DNA of 64,000 nucleotides from positions 2,944,001 to 3,008,000 of the forward strand of contig OY760183.1 in NCBI GenBank assembly GCA_963663275.1, written 5' to 3'. Source of the DNA: Chloroflexota bacterium. GTDB taxonomy: Bacteria > Chloroflexota > UBA11872 > VXOZ01. A program made the translations under genes and the position numbers. Position 1 is the first letter of the stretch. Every line of letters begins with the position of its first letter. The notes beneath the pieces were generated by a model that was not told where the DNA came from, did not search any database, and saw only the letters and a list, made by a program, of their open reading frames with translations. This document shows, piece after piece, positions 9,726-17,786 of this stretch.

Positions 9726-11057
9726 ATGTTTGAAACCCTTTCCGATAGCCTGCAAGGCGTCTTCCAGAAACTGCGCGGACGCGGCAAGCTGAGCGAAGCC
9801 GACGTGAACGCCGCTCTGCGCGAAGTGCGCCTGGCGCTGCTCGAGGCGGACGTCAATTTCAAGGTTGCGCGCGATTTTCTCAAGTCGTTGCGTGCGCGGG
9901 CGGTGGGCGCCGAGGTGCTGGAGAGCCTGACGCCGGGGCAGCAGGTCATCAAGATCGTGCACGAAGAGCTAATCGGCCTGCTCGGCGAGCCGGCGCCGCT
10001 CACGCTCACCGGTTCTCCGCCGCACGTCATCATGCTGGTCGGCCTGCAAGGGTCCGGCAAGACCACCGCCGCGGGCAAACTGGCGCTCGCCTTACGCAAG
10101 CAGGGCCAACGCTGTCTCCTGGTGGCGGCGGACGTCTATCGCCCCGCCGCCATCGAACAGCTTCAGACCATCGGCAATCAGATCGACGTGCCCGTGCACG
10201 CCATGGGCACGGCGCAGCCGCCTACCGCAATCGCCCGGGCGGCCGTGGAACGGGCGCGCCAGGAGCGCCTGAGCACCGTCATCGTGGATACCGCCGGGCG
10301 CTTGCAGATCGACGCGGAGATGATGGCCGAGATCGACGAAATCGCCGCAACCGTCTCACCCCAGGAAGTGCTGCTGGTGGCGGACGCCATGACCGGCCAG
10401 GAAGCCGTCAACGTGGCGCAGGCGTTCCACGAGCAGGTACCGCTCACGGGGCTGATCCTCACTAAGACCGACGGCGACGCCCGCGGCGGCGCGGCGCTCT
10501 CCGTGCGCAGCGTGACCGGCATACCGATCAGGTTCCTGGGCAGCGGCGAGAAGATCGAGCCGCTGGACCCGTTCTATCCGGACCGCCTGGCCTCGCGCAT
10601 TCTCGGCATGGGCGACGTGCTGAGCCTCATCGAAAAAGCGGAAGAGACCATCGACGCCGACCAAGCCGCCGTCATCGAGAAGAAACTGCGCACCGCCAGC
10701 TTTACGTTGGAGGATTTCGTCGAACAGTTGCAGCAAATCAAGAAGATGGGCTCGCTGAGCCAGATCATGGAAATGGTGCCCGGCGTCAGTCAGTTCATGC
10801 GCAATCCCGCCATGGCCGCGGCGCTGGACGAGCGCCAGTTCGCGCGCGTGGAGGCGATGATCTACTCGATGACCCCGGCCGAACGGCGCAACCCGTCCAT
10901 CATCGACGGCTCGCGGCGGCGGCGCATCGCGGCCGGCAGCGGCACAACCCCCGCCGAGGTCAACCAACTGCTCAAGAACTTCCGCCAGATGCAATCCATG
11001 ATGAAGTCGTTCGCCTCCGGCAAGTTGCCCAGCAATCTCACGCGCCTCTTTGGGTAG
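9726..11057 (+). CDS. ffh: Signal recognition particle protein Ffh
   Basis: MFETLSDSL, GLQGSGKTT, DTAGR, DGDARGGAALS, Met-rich C-terminal M domain (SRRRRIAAGSG). Confidence 0.97.
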   Translation: MFETLSDSLQGVFQKLRGRGKLSEADVNAALREVRLALLEADVNFKVARDFLKSLRARAVGAEVLESLTPGQQVIKIVHEELIGLLGEPAPLTLTGSPPHVIMLVGLQGSGKTTAAGKLALALRKQGQRCLLVAADVYRPAAIEQLQTIGNQIDVPVHAMGTAQPPTAIARAAVERARQERLSTVIVDTAGRLQIDAEMMAEIDEIAATVSPQEVLLVADAMTGQEAVNVAQAFHEQVPLTGLILTKTDGDARGGAALSVRSVTGIPIRFLGSGEKIEPLDPFYPDRLASRILGMGDVLSLIEKAEETIDADQAAVIEKKLRTASFTLEDFVEQLQQIKKMGSLSQIMEMVPGVSQFMRNPAMAAALDERQFARVEAMIYSMTPAERRNPSIIDGSRRRRIAAGSGTTPAEVNQLLKNFRQMQSMMKSFASGKLPSNLTRLFG

Positions 11058-11362
11058 CCTGTAGAGCGATTGAGCGCTTGAACGAGTGCGAGCGGCAGAA
11101 TCTGTCATGTGAACGACGAGCGGCTTCAATAGAAAACGAGGGCGTACCGTAGTACGCCCACTTCAGACAAGGTAGATTCTCCGGTGCGTCGTATCGCTGC
11201 CCGTCCCTACCCGCCGAGACGCATCTCAATTCACTTGACAACCCATCGGTATCTTGATAATTTGGAGACGGTTCGCATTCGTCTGCGAGCTGGTGAGCGT
11301 TTAGGAAGTGTGCGGAAGCCCCGCATGGCGGGGCGAAGCGCCCACGCAAAAGGCAGTCAACT

Positions 11363-11656
11363 GTGGCAGTCCTCGATACGCAAAGGACATTCAAGGCGTA
11401 CCTGGCGGCCGGGTTCTCTGAAGACCAGGCTCAGGCCTTGGTGGACGAGGGCAAAGAACGCCACGGCGAACTGGCAACCAAAGCCGACTTGAAGGACTTC
11501 GCCACGAAGTCTGATGTAGCGGAGTTGCGCGCCGACATGGAAAAGCTGGAAATGCGCCTGTTAATCAAGCTCGGCGCGTTGATGATTGCCGTTGCCGGGT
11601 TGCAGGCAGCCATACTCGGCTTCCTGCTTGCGCTGCTCCTGGACGCTATCCCATAG
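11363..11656 (+). CDS. DUF1640/CCDC90-like coiled-coil protein with C-terminal TM
   Basis: DT...AGFSEDQAQAL, LATKADL/FATKSDV repeats, hydrophobic C-terminus. Confidence 0.8.
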   Translation: MAVLDTQRTFKAYLAAGFSEDQAQALVDEGKERHGELATKADLKDFATKSDVAELRADMEKLEMRLLIKLGALMIAVAGLQAAILGFLLALLLDAIP

Positions 11657-11760
11657 TTGCCTCGACTCGCGCCCGCTCCTGTTGATTGCCCTTCTACCGG
11701 CTGCTCTTGAGATGTCCCCCGTCCAATAGAGATTCGCCTGTCTGAGTCGCCGCGCGCGCC

Positions 11761-13212
11761 CTACCCCGCGTTTCGCCCAAACAGCGGCGCGAATTGGAAC
11801 ACCAACCAGCCGAGAATGCTGGCCAGCAGCGACCCCACCAGGATGCTGACCTTTGCCGTCTCCAGAAAGCCGGTGCCGCCCAGCGCCAGATTCGCGATGA
11901 AGAGCGACATCGTAAAGCCAATTCCCGCCAGGCACCCGGCGCCAAGCACGTGCATCCAACCGACGCGGCTGGGCAGCGTCGCCAGACCGAGCCGCACCGC
12001 GGCCACCGAGAAGAGCATGATGCCGAGCGGCTTGCCGACCAGCAGCCCCAGCGCCACCCCCAGCGCCAAGGGTTCTGCCATCAGGCTTGCAAACCCGGCT
12101 TCCATAGCGGCGCCCTCGAAGACGCTCACACCCGCATTCGCCAGCGCGAACAGCGGCATGATGCCGAAGACGGTCCAGGGATGGAGCGCGCTTTCGAAAC
12201 GCTGCAACGGCGACTGCGCCCCCACCGCCGTCTGCTCGATCTGGCGCATCAAAGAGACCTGCTCGTCGTTCAATAGCCGCTGCAAAGAGGCCTGCCCTTC
12301 GTCCGCCTGCGGGCTGTCGCCGTCACCCGAAGCCTGCGCAAACTCCTCGACGTACACCCGGCTCAAGTTGGCGAACTCCGCGCTGTCTATGCGGCGGCGC
12401 GCCGGAATGGTAAAGGCCGCAATCACGCCCGCTACGGTCGGATGCACGCCGGAGGCGATGAAAGCCGGCCACAAGCCGCCCGCGACCAGGAGCAAGTACA
12501 CCAGCGTACTGCGCACTCCCATGCGGTTCGCGCCAATGAGCAGCAGCACGACGATAGCCGCGACGCCCAACGCCGGCAGCGAAATCTCGCTGGTGTAGAA
12601 GATGGCAATCACCAGCACCGCGCCGATGTCGTCCACAATCGCCAGCGCGGTGAGGAAGACCTTGATGGGCGTGGGCACGCGGCTGCCCAGAACCGCCATC
12701 ACGCCCAGCGTAAAGGCAATGTCCGTGGCCATGGGAATGCCCCAGCCGCGCTGCGCCGGCCCGCCCCAGTTGAACCACAGGAAGATGGCCGCGGGTACCA
12801 CCATCCCGCCGACCGCCGCCATGATCGGCAACATGGCCCGCCGCGGCGCGGCGAGTTCCCCGGCTATCACCTCGCGCTTGATCTCCAATCCCACCACGAA
12901 GAAGAAGATCGCCATCAAGCCGTCGTTGATCCACCAATGCAGCGGCTGGTCGAAGTGGAAGTCCCCAAGGTGCACGGCAAAGTGGAGATGCCAGAGCGCG
13001 AAATACGACGAGGCCAACGGCGAGTTTGCCCACACGAGAGCCACGATTACGCAGGCCAGAAGCACAATGCCGCTGGACGCCTGGGCATGGGCGAATTCCC
13101 GAAAAAGGCCCATTACGCGAAAAGAGGACTGGCCGAGCGGCCAAGCGCGGCGGCCGGGATTCTGCGGGCCGTCTGAGCGATCCTTCACTTCTGCTGCCTC
13201 ATTTTCCGGCAA
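11761..13212 (-). CDS. nhaA: Na+/H+ antiporter NhaA
   Basis: WINDGLMAIFFFVVGLEIKRE, GIPMATDIAF, LAIVDDIG, GIGFTMSLFI; exact start uncertain. Confidence 0.95.
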   Translation of the reverse strand: MPENEAAEVKDRSDGPQNPGRRAWPLGQSSFRVMGLFREFAHAQASSGIVLLACVIVALVWANSPLASSYFALWHLHFAVHLGDFHFDQPLHWWINDGLMAIFFFVVGLEIKREVIAGELAAPRRAMLPIMAAVGGMVVPAAIFLWFNWGGPAQRGWGIPMATDIAFTLGVMAVLGSRVPTPIKVFLTALAIVDDIGAVLVIAIFYTSEISLPALGVAAIVVLLLIGANRMGVRSTLVYLLLVAGGLWPAFIASGVHPTVAGVIAAFTIPARRRIDSAEFANLSRVYVEEFAQASGDGDSPQADEGQASLQRLLNDEQVSLMRQIEQTAVGAQSPLQRFESALHPWTVFGIMPLFALANAGVSVFEGAAMEAGFASLMAEPLALGVALGLLVGKPLGIMLFSVAAVRLGLATLPSRVGWMHVLGAGCLAGIGFTMSLFIANLALGGTGFLETAKVSILVGSLLASILGWLVFQFAPLFGRNAG

Positions 13213-13310
13213 GCGGGCATTTCTCTACGCGGGACTCTGGTCCAAGGGAAACCGCGAGGTGTTCCTCTACTATAGCGCACCCCGCGCACCCAGTCTCATC
13301 GCCCCAACAT

Positions 13311-13632
13311 GCGCAGGTTACAAACCTGCGCTACCAAGGCACTGGCGCCATCCCCGTAGCGCGGGGGCTTGTCCCCAATACTGTCGCATTAACGTAGCGC
13401 GGGGGCTTGTCCCCCGCCGGAATAAGAGAAATGCTAACGGAATGGATTGACCCTACGGAAGTCGCAGGTTACAAACCTGTGCTACCGGAGAAACAAGCGT
13501 AGTTTTCACTCTCATTGCGTTTAATGCGACAACATTGGGGCTTGTCCCCCGCTCCCAAACAGGCGCAGGTTGCAAACCTGCGCTACCAAGACACTGGCGC
13601 CATCCCCGTAGCGCGGGGGCTTGTCCCCCGCC
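13311..13632. repeat. BIME-like cluster of REP-B (reverse) and REP-A pairs, interrupted by MITE-4
   Basis: CGCAGGTTRCAAACCTGCGCTACCAAG.CACTGGCGCCATCCCCGTAGCGCGGGGGCTTGTCCCC occurs twice. Confidence 0.88.
13376..13537 (+). mobile_element. MITE-4 (162 bp, IS4-like ends) inserted into REP-A
   Basis: TIRs CAATACTGTCGCATTAA / TTAATGCGACAACATTG; 11-bp direct repeat GGGCTTGTCCC at 13365-13375 and 13538-13548. Confidence 0.85.
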
Positions 13633-13670
13633 TCTTGCCGCGAAACCCACACACCTCGCAGGCCGGGCGC

Positions 13671-15194
13671 TTAGCTGATGTCGAGTTTCGGCCGGTACTG
13701 CAACGCCTCGGCCAGGTGCGGGACCCCAATCGTATCCGCATCATCCATGTCCGCAATCGTGCGCGCCAGCTTGAGCACGCGGTGAAAGCTGCGCGCCGTC
13801 AGGTGCATCCGTTCAGTGGCCGTCCGCATCAAGTCCTGCGCATCCTCGTGGAGCGCACAGAACTCACGCACGTGGCGCGGGCCGATTTCGGCGTTGGTCT
13901 TGAACGGCAGCGCGGCAAAGCGTTCCCGCTGCGCCTGGCGCGCGCGCATCACCCGCTGCCGCACGATTGACGACGGCTCGCCGCGCCGGTCGTCGGTAAG
14001 TTTCTCGTACTCCACGCGCGGCACCTCCACGTGTATGTCGATGCGGTCGAGCAGCGGGCCGGAGAGTTTCCGTTGGTAGCGCGTGACGATCGCGGGGTTG
14101 CACGTGCACGCGCGCACCGGATCGCCGTACCAACCGCACGGGCAGGGGTTCATAGCGCCAATAAGGAGAAACTGGGCAGGAAATGTCAATGAACCCGAGG
14201 CGCGGGAGATCGTGACGGCCCCGGATTCCAGCGGCTGCCGCAGCATGTCCAGCAGATTGTTGGGGAATTCGGGAATCTCATCCAGAAACAGCACGCCGCG
14301 ATGCGCCTGGCTGATCTCGCCCGGCCGGGGGAAGCGGCCGCCGCCGACCAGTCCCGCGTGGGAAACAGTGTGGTGGGGCGAGCGAAACGGCCGCTTCAAC
14401 ATCAGCGGCTCATCCGCCCGCAAGAGCCCGCACACGCTGTAGATCTTGCTCACCTCGATCGCCTCTTCCAGCGACAGCGGCGGCAGGATTGAGGACACCG
14501 CCTGCGCCAGCAGCGACTTGCCCGTGCCCGGCGGGCCGGAGAAGAGCACGTTGTGGCCGCCGCTGCATGCCACCTCCAGCGCGCGCTTGGCATGTTCCTG
14601 GCCTTTCACGTCCGCCAGATCGACGTCGTAGGTCACCTCATCGTGGTCGACCGCCGCCGGCGGCCGGGCCCTGGCAAGCGCTTCGACGCCGTTGAGGTGG
14701 AGAACCACTTGCCGGAGGTGCGCCGCGCCAAACACCTGCAATCCGGCGATGATTGCCGCTTCCGCGCCATTGGACTCCGGCACGAACGCGTTCCTGATGC
14801 CCCAGCGCAGCGCGTTCGACACCAGCGGCAAGACGCCGTTGGTGTGCCGCAGCGCGCCTTCCAGCGCCAGTTCGCCCAGGAAGAGCGATTGCTCTAGTCC
14901 CTCCGCGGCCAATTGACCGCTGGCGACCAGAATGCCGACGGCAATGGCCACGTCGAGGCCGGTGCCCTCTTTGGCCACGTCGGCCGGCGCCAGGTTGATG
15001 GTGACGCGCTTCTGCGGAAAGGCGAAGCCGGCGTTGCGAATAGCCGCCCGCACCCGCTCACGGGCTTCCTGCACAGCCGTATCCGGCAAACCCACAATGA
15101 CAAACGAGGGCAGCCCGTCGGCAAGATCTACTTCTACCTCAACCTGCGCGCTATCCAGCCCGACCAGCGTGGCAGCCATAATCTTGGCGAGCAT
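13671..15194 (-). CDS. comM: ComM/YifB family Mg-chelatase-like AAA+ ATPase
   Basis: VGLPDTAVQEARERVR, GELALEG, GPPGTGKS, PFRSPHHT, AHRGVLFLDE, MNPCPCG. Confidence 0.93.
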   Translation of the reverse strand: MLAKIMAATLVGLDSAQVEVEVDLADGLPSFVIVGLPDTAVQEARERVRAAIRNAGFAFPQKRVTINLAPADVAKEGTGLDVAIAVGILVASGQLAAEGLEQSLFLGELALEGALRHTNGVLPLVSNALRWGIRNAFVPESNGAEAAIIAGLQVFGAAHLRQVVLHLNGVEALARARPPAAVDHDEVTYDVDLADVKGQEHAKRALEVACSGGHNVLFSGPPGTGKSLLAQAVSSILPPLSLEEAIEVSKIYSVCGLLRADEPLMLKRPFRSPHHTVSHAGLVGGGRFPRPGEISQAHRGVLFLDEIPEFPNNLLDMLRQPLESGAVTISRASGSLTFPAQFLLIGAMNPCPCGWYGDPVRACTCNPAIVTRYQRKLSGPLLDRIDIHVEVPRVEYEKLTDDRRGEPSSIVRQRVMRARQAQRERFAALPFKTNAEIGPRHVREFCALHEDAQDLMRTATERMHLTARSFHRVLKLARTIADMDDADTIGVPHLAEALQYRPKLDIS

Positions 15195-15342
15195 ACCGAA
15201 TCCTAGTGTCCAGCTAAATCGGTCTCACACATGCTTCACTGAAGGTCCGCAGACGTGTACACGTAAGCAAGGAATGAAGCAAGCGGCTACGTCGGCGCTC
15301 TCTGCCGCATATCGCCGATGTCAATGGCGCATAGTCCCTTCG

Positions 15343-15482
15343 GATACCTTTGCATAACTCTGTCATTCCGGCGAAAGCCGGAATCCAGACCCCATTTACA
15401 ACTAAGAATAGCCTGTTTTCAAGCCTTTACACCCCCATCCCAACCTTCCCCCTCGATGGGGAAGGGGCTATGCAAAGGTCTC
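15343..15482. mobile_element. MITE-1 (140 bp), empty allele without inner element
   Basis: TIRs GATACCTTTGCATAAC / GCTATGCAAAGGTCTC; 5-bp TSD CTTCG at 15338-15342 and 15483-15487; contains GTCATTCCGGCGAAAGCCGGAATCCAG and CCTTCCCCCTCGATGGGGAAGG hairpins. Confidence 0.88.
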
Positions 15483-15560
15483 CTTCGAGGGAGTCGACTA
15501 TCCAACGAGAAGCAATTTCGCCCCCCAAAACGGCGGAAACCGCCGTATCTGGCGCTAATC

Positions 15561-15572
15561 GAACGTCTGTTC
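15561..15572. promoter_or_regulatory. Possible LexA (SOS) box upstream of comM
   Basis: GAAC-GTCT-GTTC matches the GAAC-N4-GTTC box of Firmicutes, Actinobacteria and Dehalococcoides. Confidence 0.4.
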
Positions 15573-15627
15573 CGCCGTAAGGAATGTCACGCGCTGCCGG
15601 CCCGCAGCCGAAGCCAACGTGCCACAG

Positions 15628-17190
15628 TCAGTGAAGCGGGTCGAAAAACGTCAGTTCAGCGCCGAAATCGTCCATCGCCGCCACCGCGTCTCCTTCAAGA
15701 GCCGTCCGGATGTTGCGCGTGCGGTGAGCGAGGGTAATTTCAGTCCGCGCCGCCGGGTATTCCAGTGAAATTGGCTTACCCGGATCAGGTTGGGCAATGA
15801 ACAGGTGTTCTCCCAATACCACGTAGTGGTCGGTACCGCTGACGCGCAACGCAGATCTGTCGGCCCACCGCGGCAATCTGATCCAAAGTGGCGCCGCGTG
15901 TCTGGTCGTTACGCTCACTCGGCCTGACGATTCGCCCGCCTGCACCCGCGCGTCCGGCGTGTCCTGGTCCATCAGCAGGTTCACCCGTACGCCAACGGGC
16001 CCTGAAACGACGCCCTCCCTGAGCGCTTCGCAGAGCGTCCCGACTACGCCGCCGACTATGTCCATATTGAAGCTGACCCGCTCGAGACCAAGCGGGCGGT
16101 GGCCGTACGGCGCTGGGAATCCAAACGCTCCCAGGTGCCGTTCTCTCACGCTTCTCAGACCATCTTCGTCTGCCGGATTGGCAGGTTCGGGGATGAAATC
16201 CGCGTCGCGAAGTTGGGACGGCAACAGGTGCCCGCGTAGTATCCTTTCGGCGTCCTGGAAGCGCCCGGGATATCCGTGCCGGCCGAGAATCAGGTCTGTC
16301 TCGACGATGTCGCCGGTGTTGTTGCCCTCGCCCTTGTCGGGCGGGCTGTCGTCGGCGCTGCTCTCGATCACCCAGCCCAGTTCGTCGCGGATCGCCCACA
16401 GCCCGTTGTCGGCAAAGGCCCGTACTCGCTCCAGGAGCGCGGCGTCGCCGGTCAGGTCCGCAAGCTGCGCCAGAGAGGACATGACGCAGGTCGTCGAGTG
16501 CGTGTGCACGCCGAACTTCTCGCGGTCATACGACCCGTCCGGCAAGAAGAACTCGGACGTGGCCTTCTCGGCCAGGAGAGACGCCAGTTCGAGCGCCTTG
16601 CCCGAGCCGGTGGCCCGGTAGTACTTGACCAGCGGGCCGATGGCGCGGGCGACTCCCGTGATGAATGTGTTCTGCCGGGGCCAGCGAATGCCGTGGGCCG
16701 CCATAATCCTCTCGCGGTCCCAGCCGTCCTCGGGGTCCCACGTATCGAGAATGAACTCGATGCTGGATTCGGCCAATTCCCGCGCCGTGTCGGAGTCTCG
16801 ATACTTGACCAGGGCGTAGAGCGCATGCATTCCCTCACGCACGTTGTGATCGTTGAAGTTCTCGAGTGGTCCGTCCACGCGGTCGCGGTTCATGGGCAGA
16901 GGCACGGGGCCGGAGTAGGAGAAGAAGGCCGCTGCGGCGTGTTTTTCGACCGCCTCTTCCGAGATCGAGACGCCAGCCGCGTCTTCGGCATTCAGCAGGG
17001 CGTTCAGGTGCCTGCCCGGCACATGAGACTCAGAGTGGACGCTGCTGAAGCTGAGCCGGGGGTTGGGCAGGACCTCTGAACCAAAGAACGGGATGTCGTT
17101 GTCGTCGGCGTTGAACACGTTCGACATCGTCCGACAACCGAGTTTGATCGCCGACGTGATGTCGGTGGTGTTGACGTTGGATACCTTCAC
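15628..17190 (-). CDS. Hypothetical protein, probable (alpha/alpha)6-barrel, GH127-like architecture
   Basis: ~520-aa ORF with GGGAG RBS before GTG 17190; HTHSTT, VRVNLL and LWIRLPRW segments recall the beta-L-arabinofuranosidase (GH127) layout. Confidence 0.55.
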   Translation of the reverse strand: MKVSNVNTTDITSAIKLGCRTMSNVFNADDNDIPFFGSEVLPNPRLSFSSVHSESHVPGRHLNALLNAEDAAGVSISEEAVEKHAAAAFFSYSGPVPLPMNRDRVDGPLENFNDHNVREGMHALYALVKYRDSDTARELAESSIEFILDTWDPEDGWDRERIMAAHGIRWPRQNTFITGVARAIGPLVKYYRATGSGKALELASLLAEKATSEFFLPDGSYDREKFGVHTHSTTCVMSSLAQLADLTGDAALLERVRAFADNGLWAIRDELGWVIESSADDSPPDKGEGNNTGDIVETDLILGRHGYPGRFQDAERILRGHLLPSQLRDADFIPEPANPADEDGLRSVRERHLGAFGFPAPYGHRPLGLERVSFNMDIVGGVVGTLCEALREGVVSGPVGVRVNLLMDQDTPDARVQAGESSGRVSVTTRHAAPLWIRLPRWADRSALRVSGTDHYVVLGEHLFIAQPDPGKPISLEYPAARTEITLAHRTRNIRTALEGDAVAAMDDFGAELTFFDPLH

Positions 17191-17538
17191 GTTGACGCTC
17201 CCGCGGTTCGCTCGAAAACGGTCCATCCAGCTTGCTTTACACTTTGCATCATGGACGACAGATCATACCGGTTCTATTCGGTACTAAAGGAGTACCGGCA
17301 CAAACATGCCACAATTGCCAGCGGTTTAGCAATGCGTGAGGTTGCTTGGCAGCCAAATTCGTAATTGTCTTGTCGGTCTGGTAGCATACAGTAACATATG
17401 CAAAACTGTCTTTCGCGCCCCCGTACGGCGGGCGCGGATTTAATGTGCTTTACGATTCGCGCATTGCACTCTGTATACTGCCATTCAATACGTAGCGTAT
17501 TGGTATTGGAGCGTCCAATTCGAGATCAAGTGGACTGA

Positions 17539-17731
17539 GAACCTGTTTACGGTCTTTTTGTCTGCGCGAGAACGTTCGCCCTGAGCCTGTCGAAGGGTGA
17601 ATGGAACCGTCGCAAGGCGGCGAAAAGCCGTTCATGCTTCGACAGGCCTGTACTGAGCTTGTCGAAGTGCTCAGCACGAACGGTTTTCATCGGCTTTGCA
17701 GACTCCCGCTAAGCAGATCGTAAACAGGCTC
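17539..17731. mobile_element. MITE-3 (193 bp, IS5/IS1031-like ends)
   Basis: TIRs GAACCTGTTTACGGTCT / AGATCGTAAACAGGCTC; TGA on both sides; internal CCCTGAGCCTGTCGAAGGG and CTTCGACAGGC hairpin motifs. Confidence 0.8.
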
Positions 17732-17786
17732 TGAGAACGCATTACGCAATCAACAATGAGAGTGACTGGTTCAGGAAGGAGAATCG

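Noticed and set aside
11058-11362. SRP RNA (ffs) near ffh
   Set aside because: No helix-8 motif (CAGG...GRAA...AGCA) recognised.
13453-13650. Small ORFs containing VARGLVPR, RGTSPRAT or QVCNLR (also 38879, 53823, 56154, 6281)
   Set aside because: They are translations of REP/MITE sequence.
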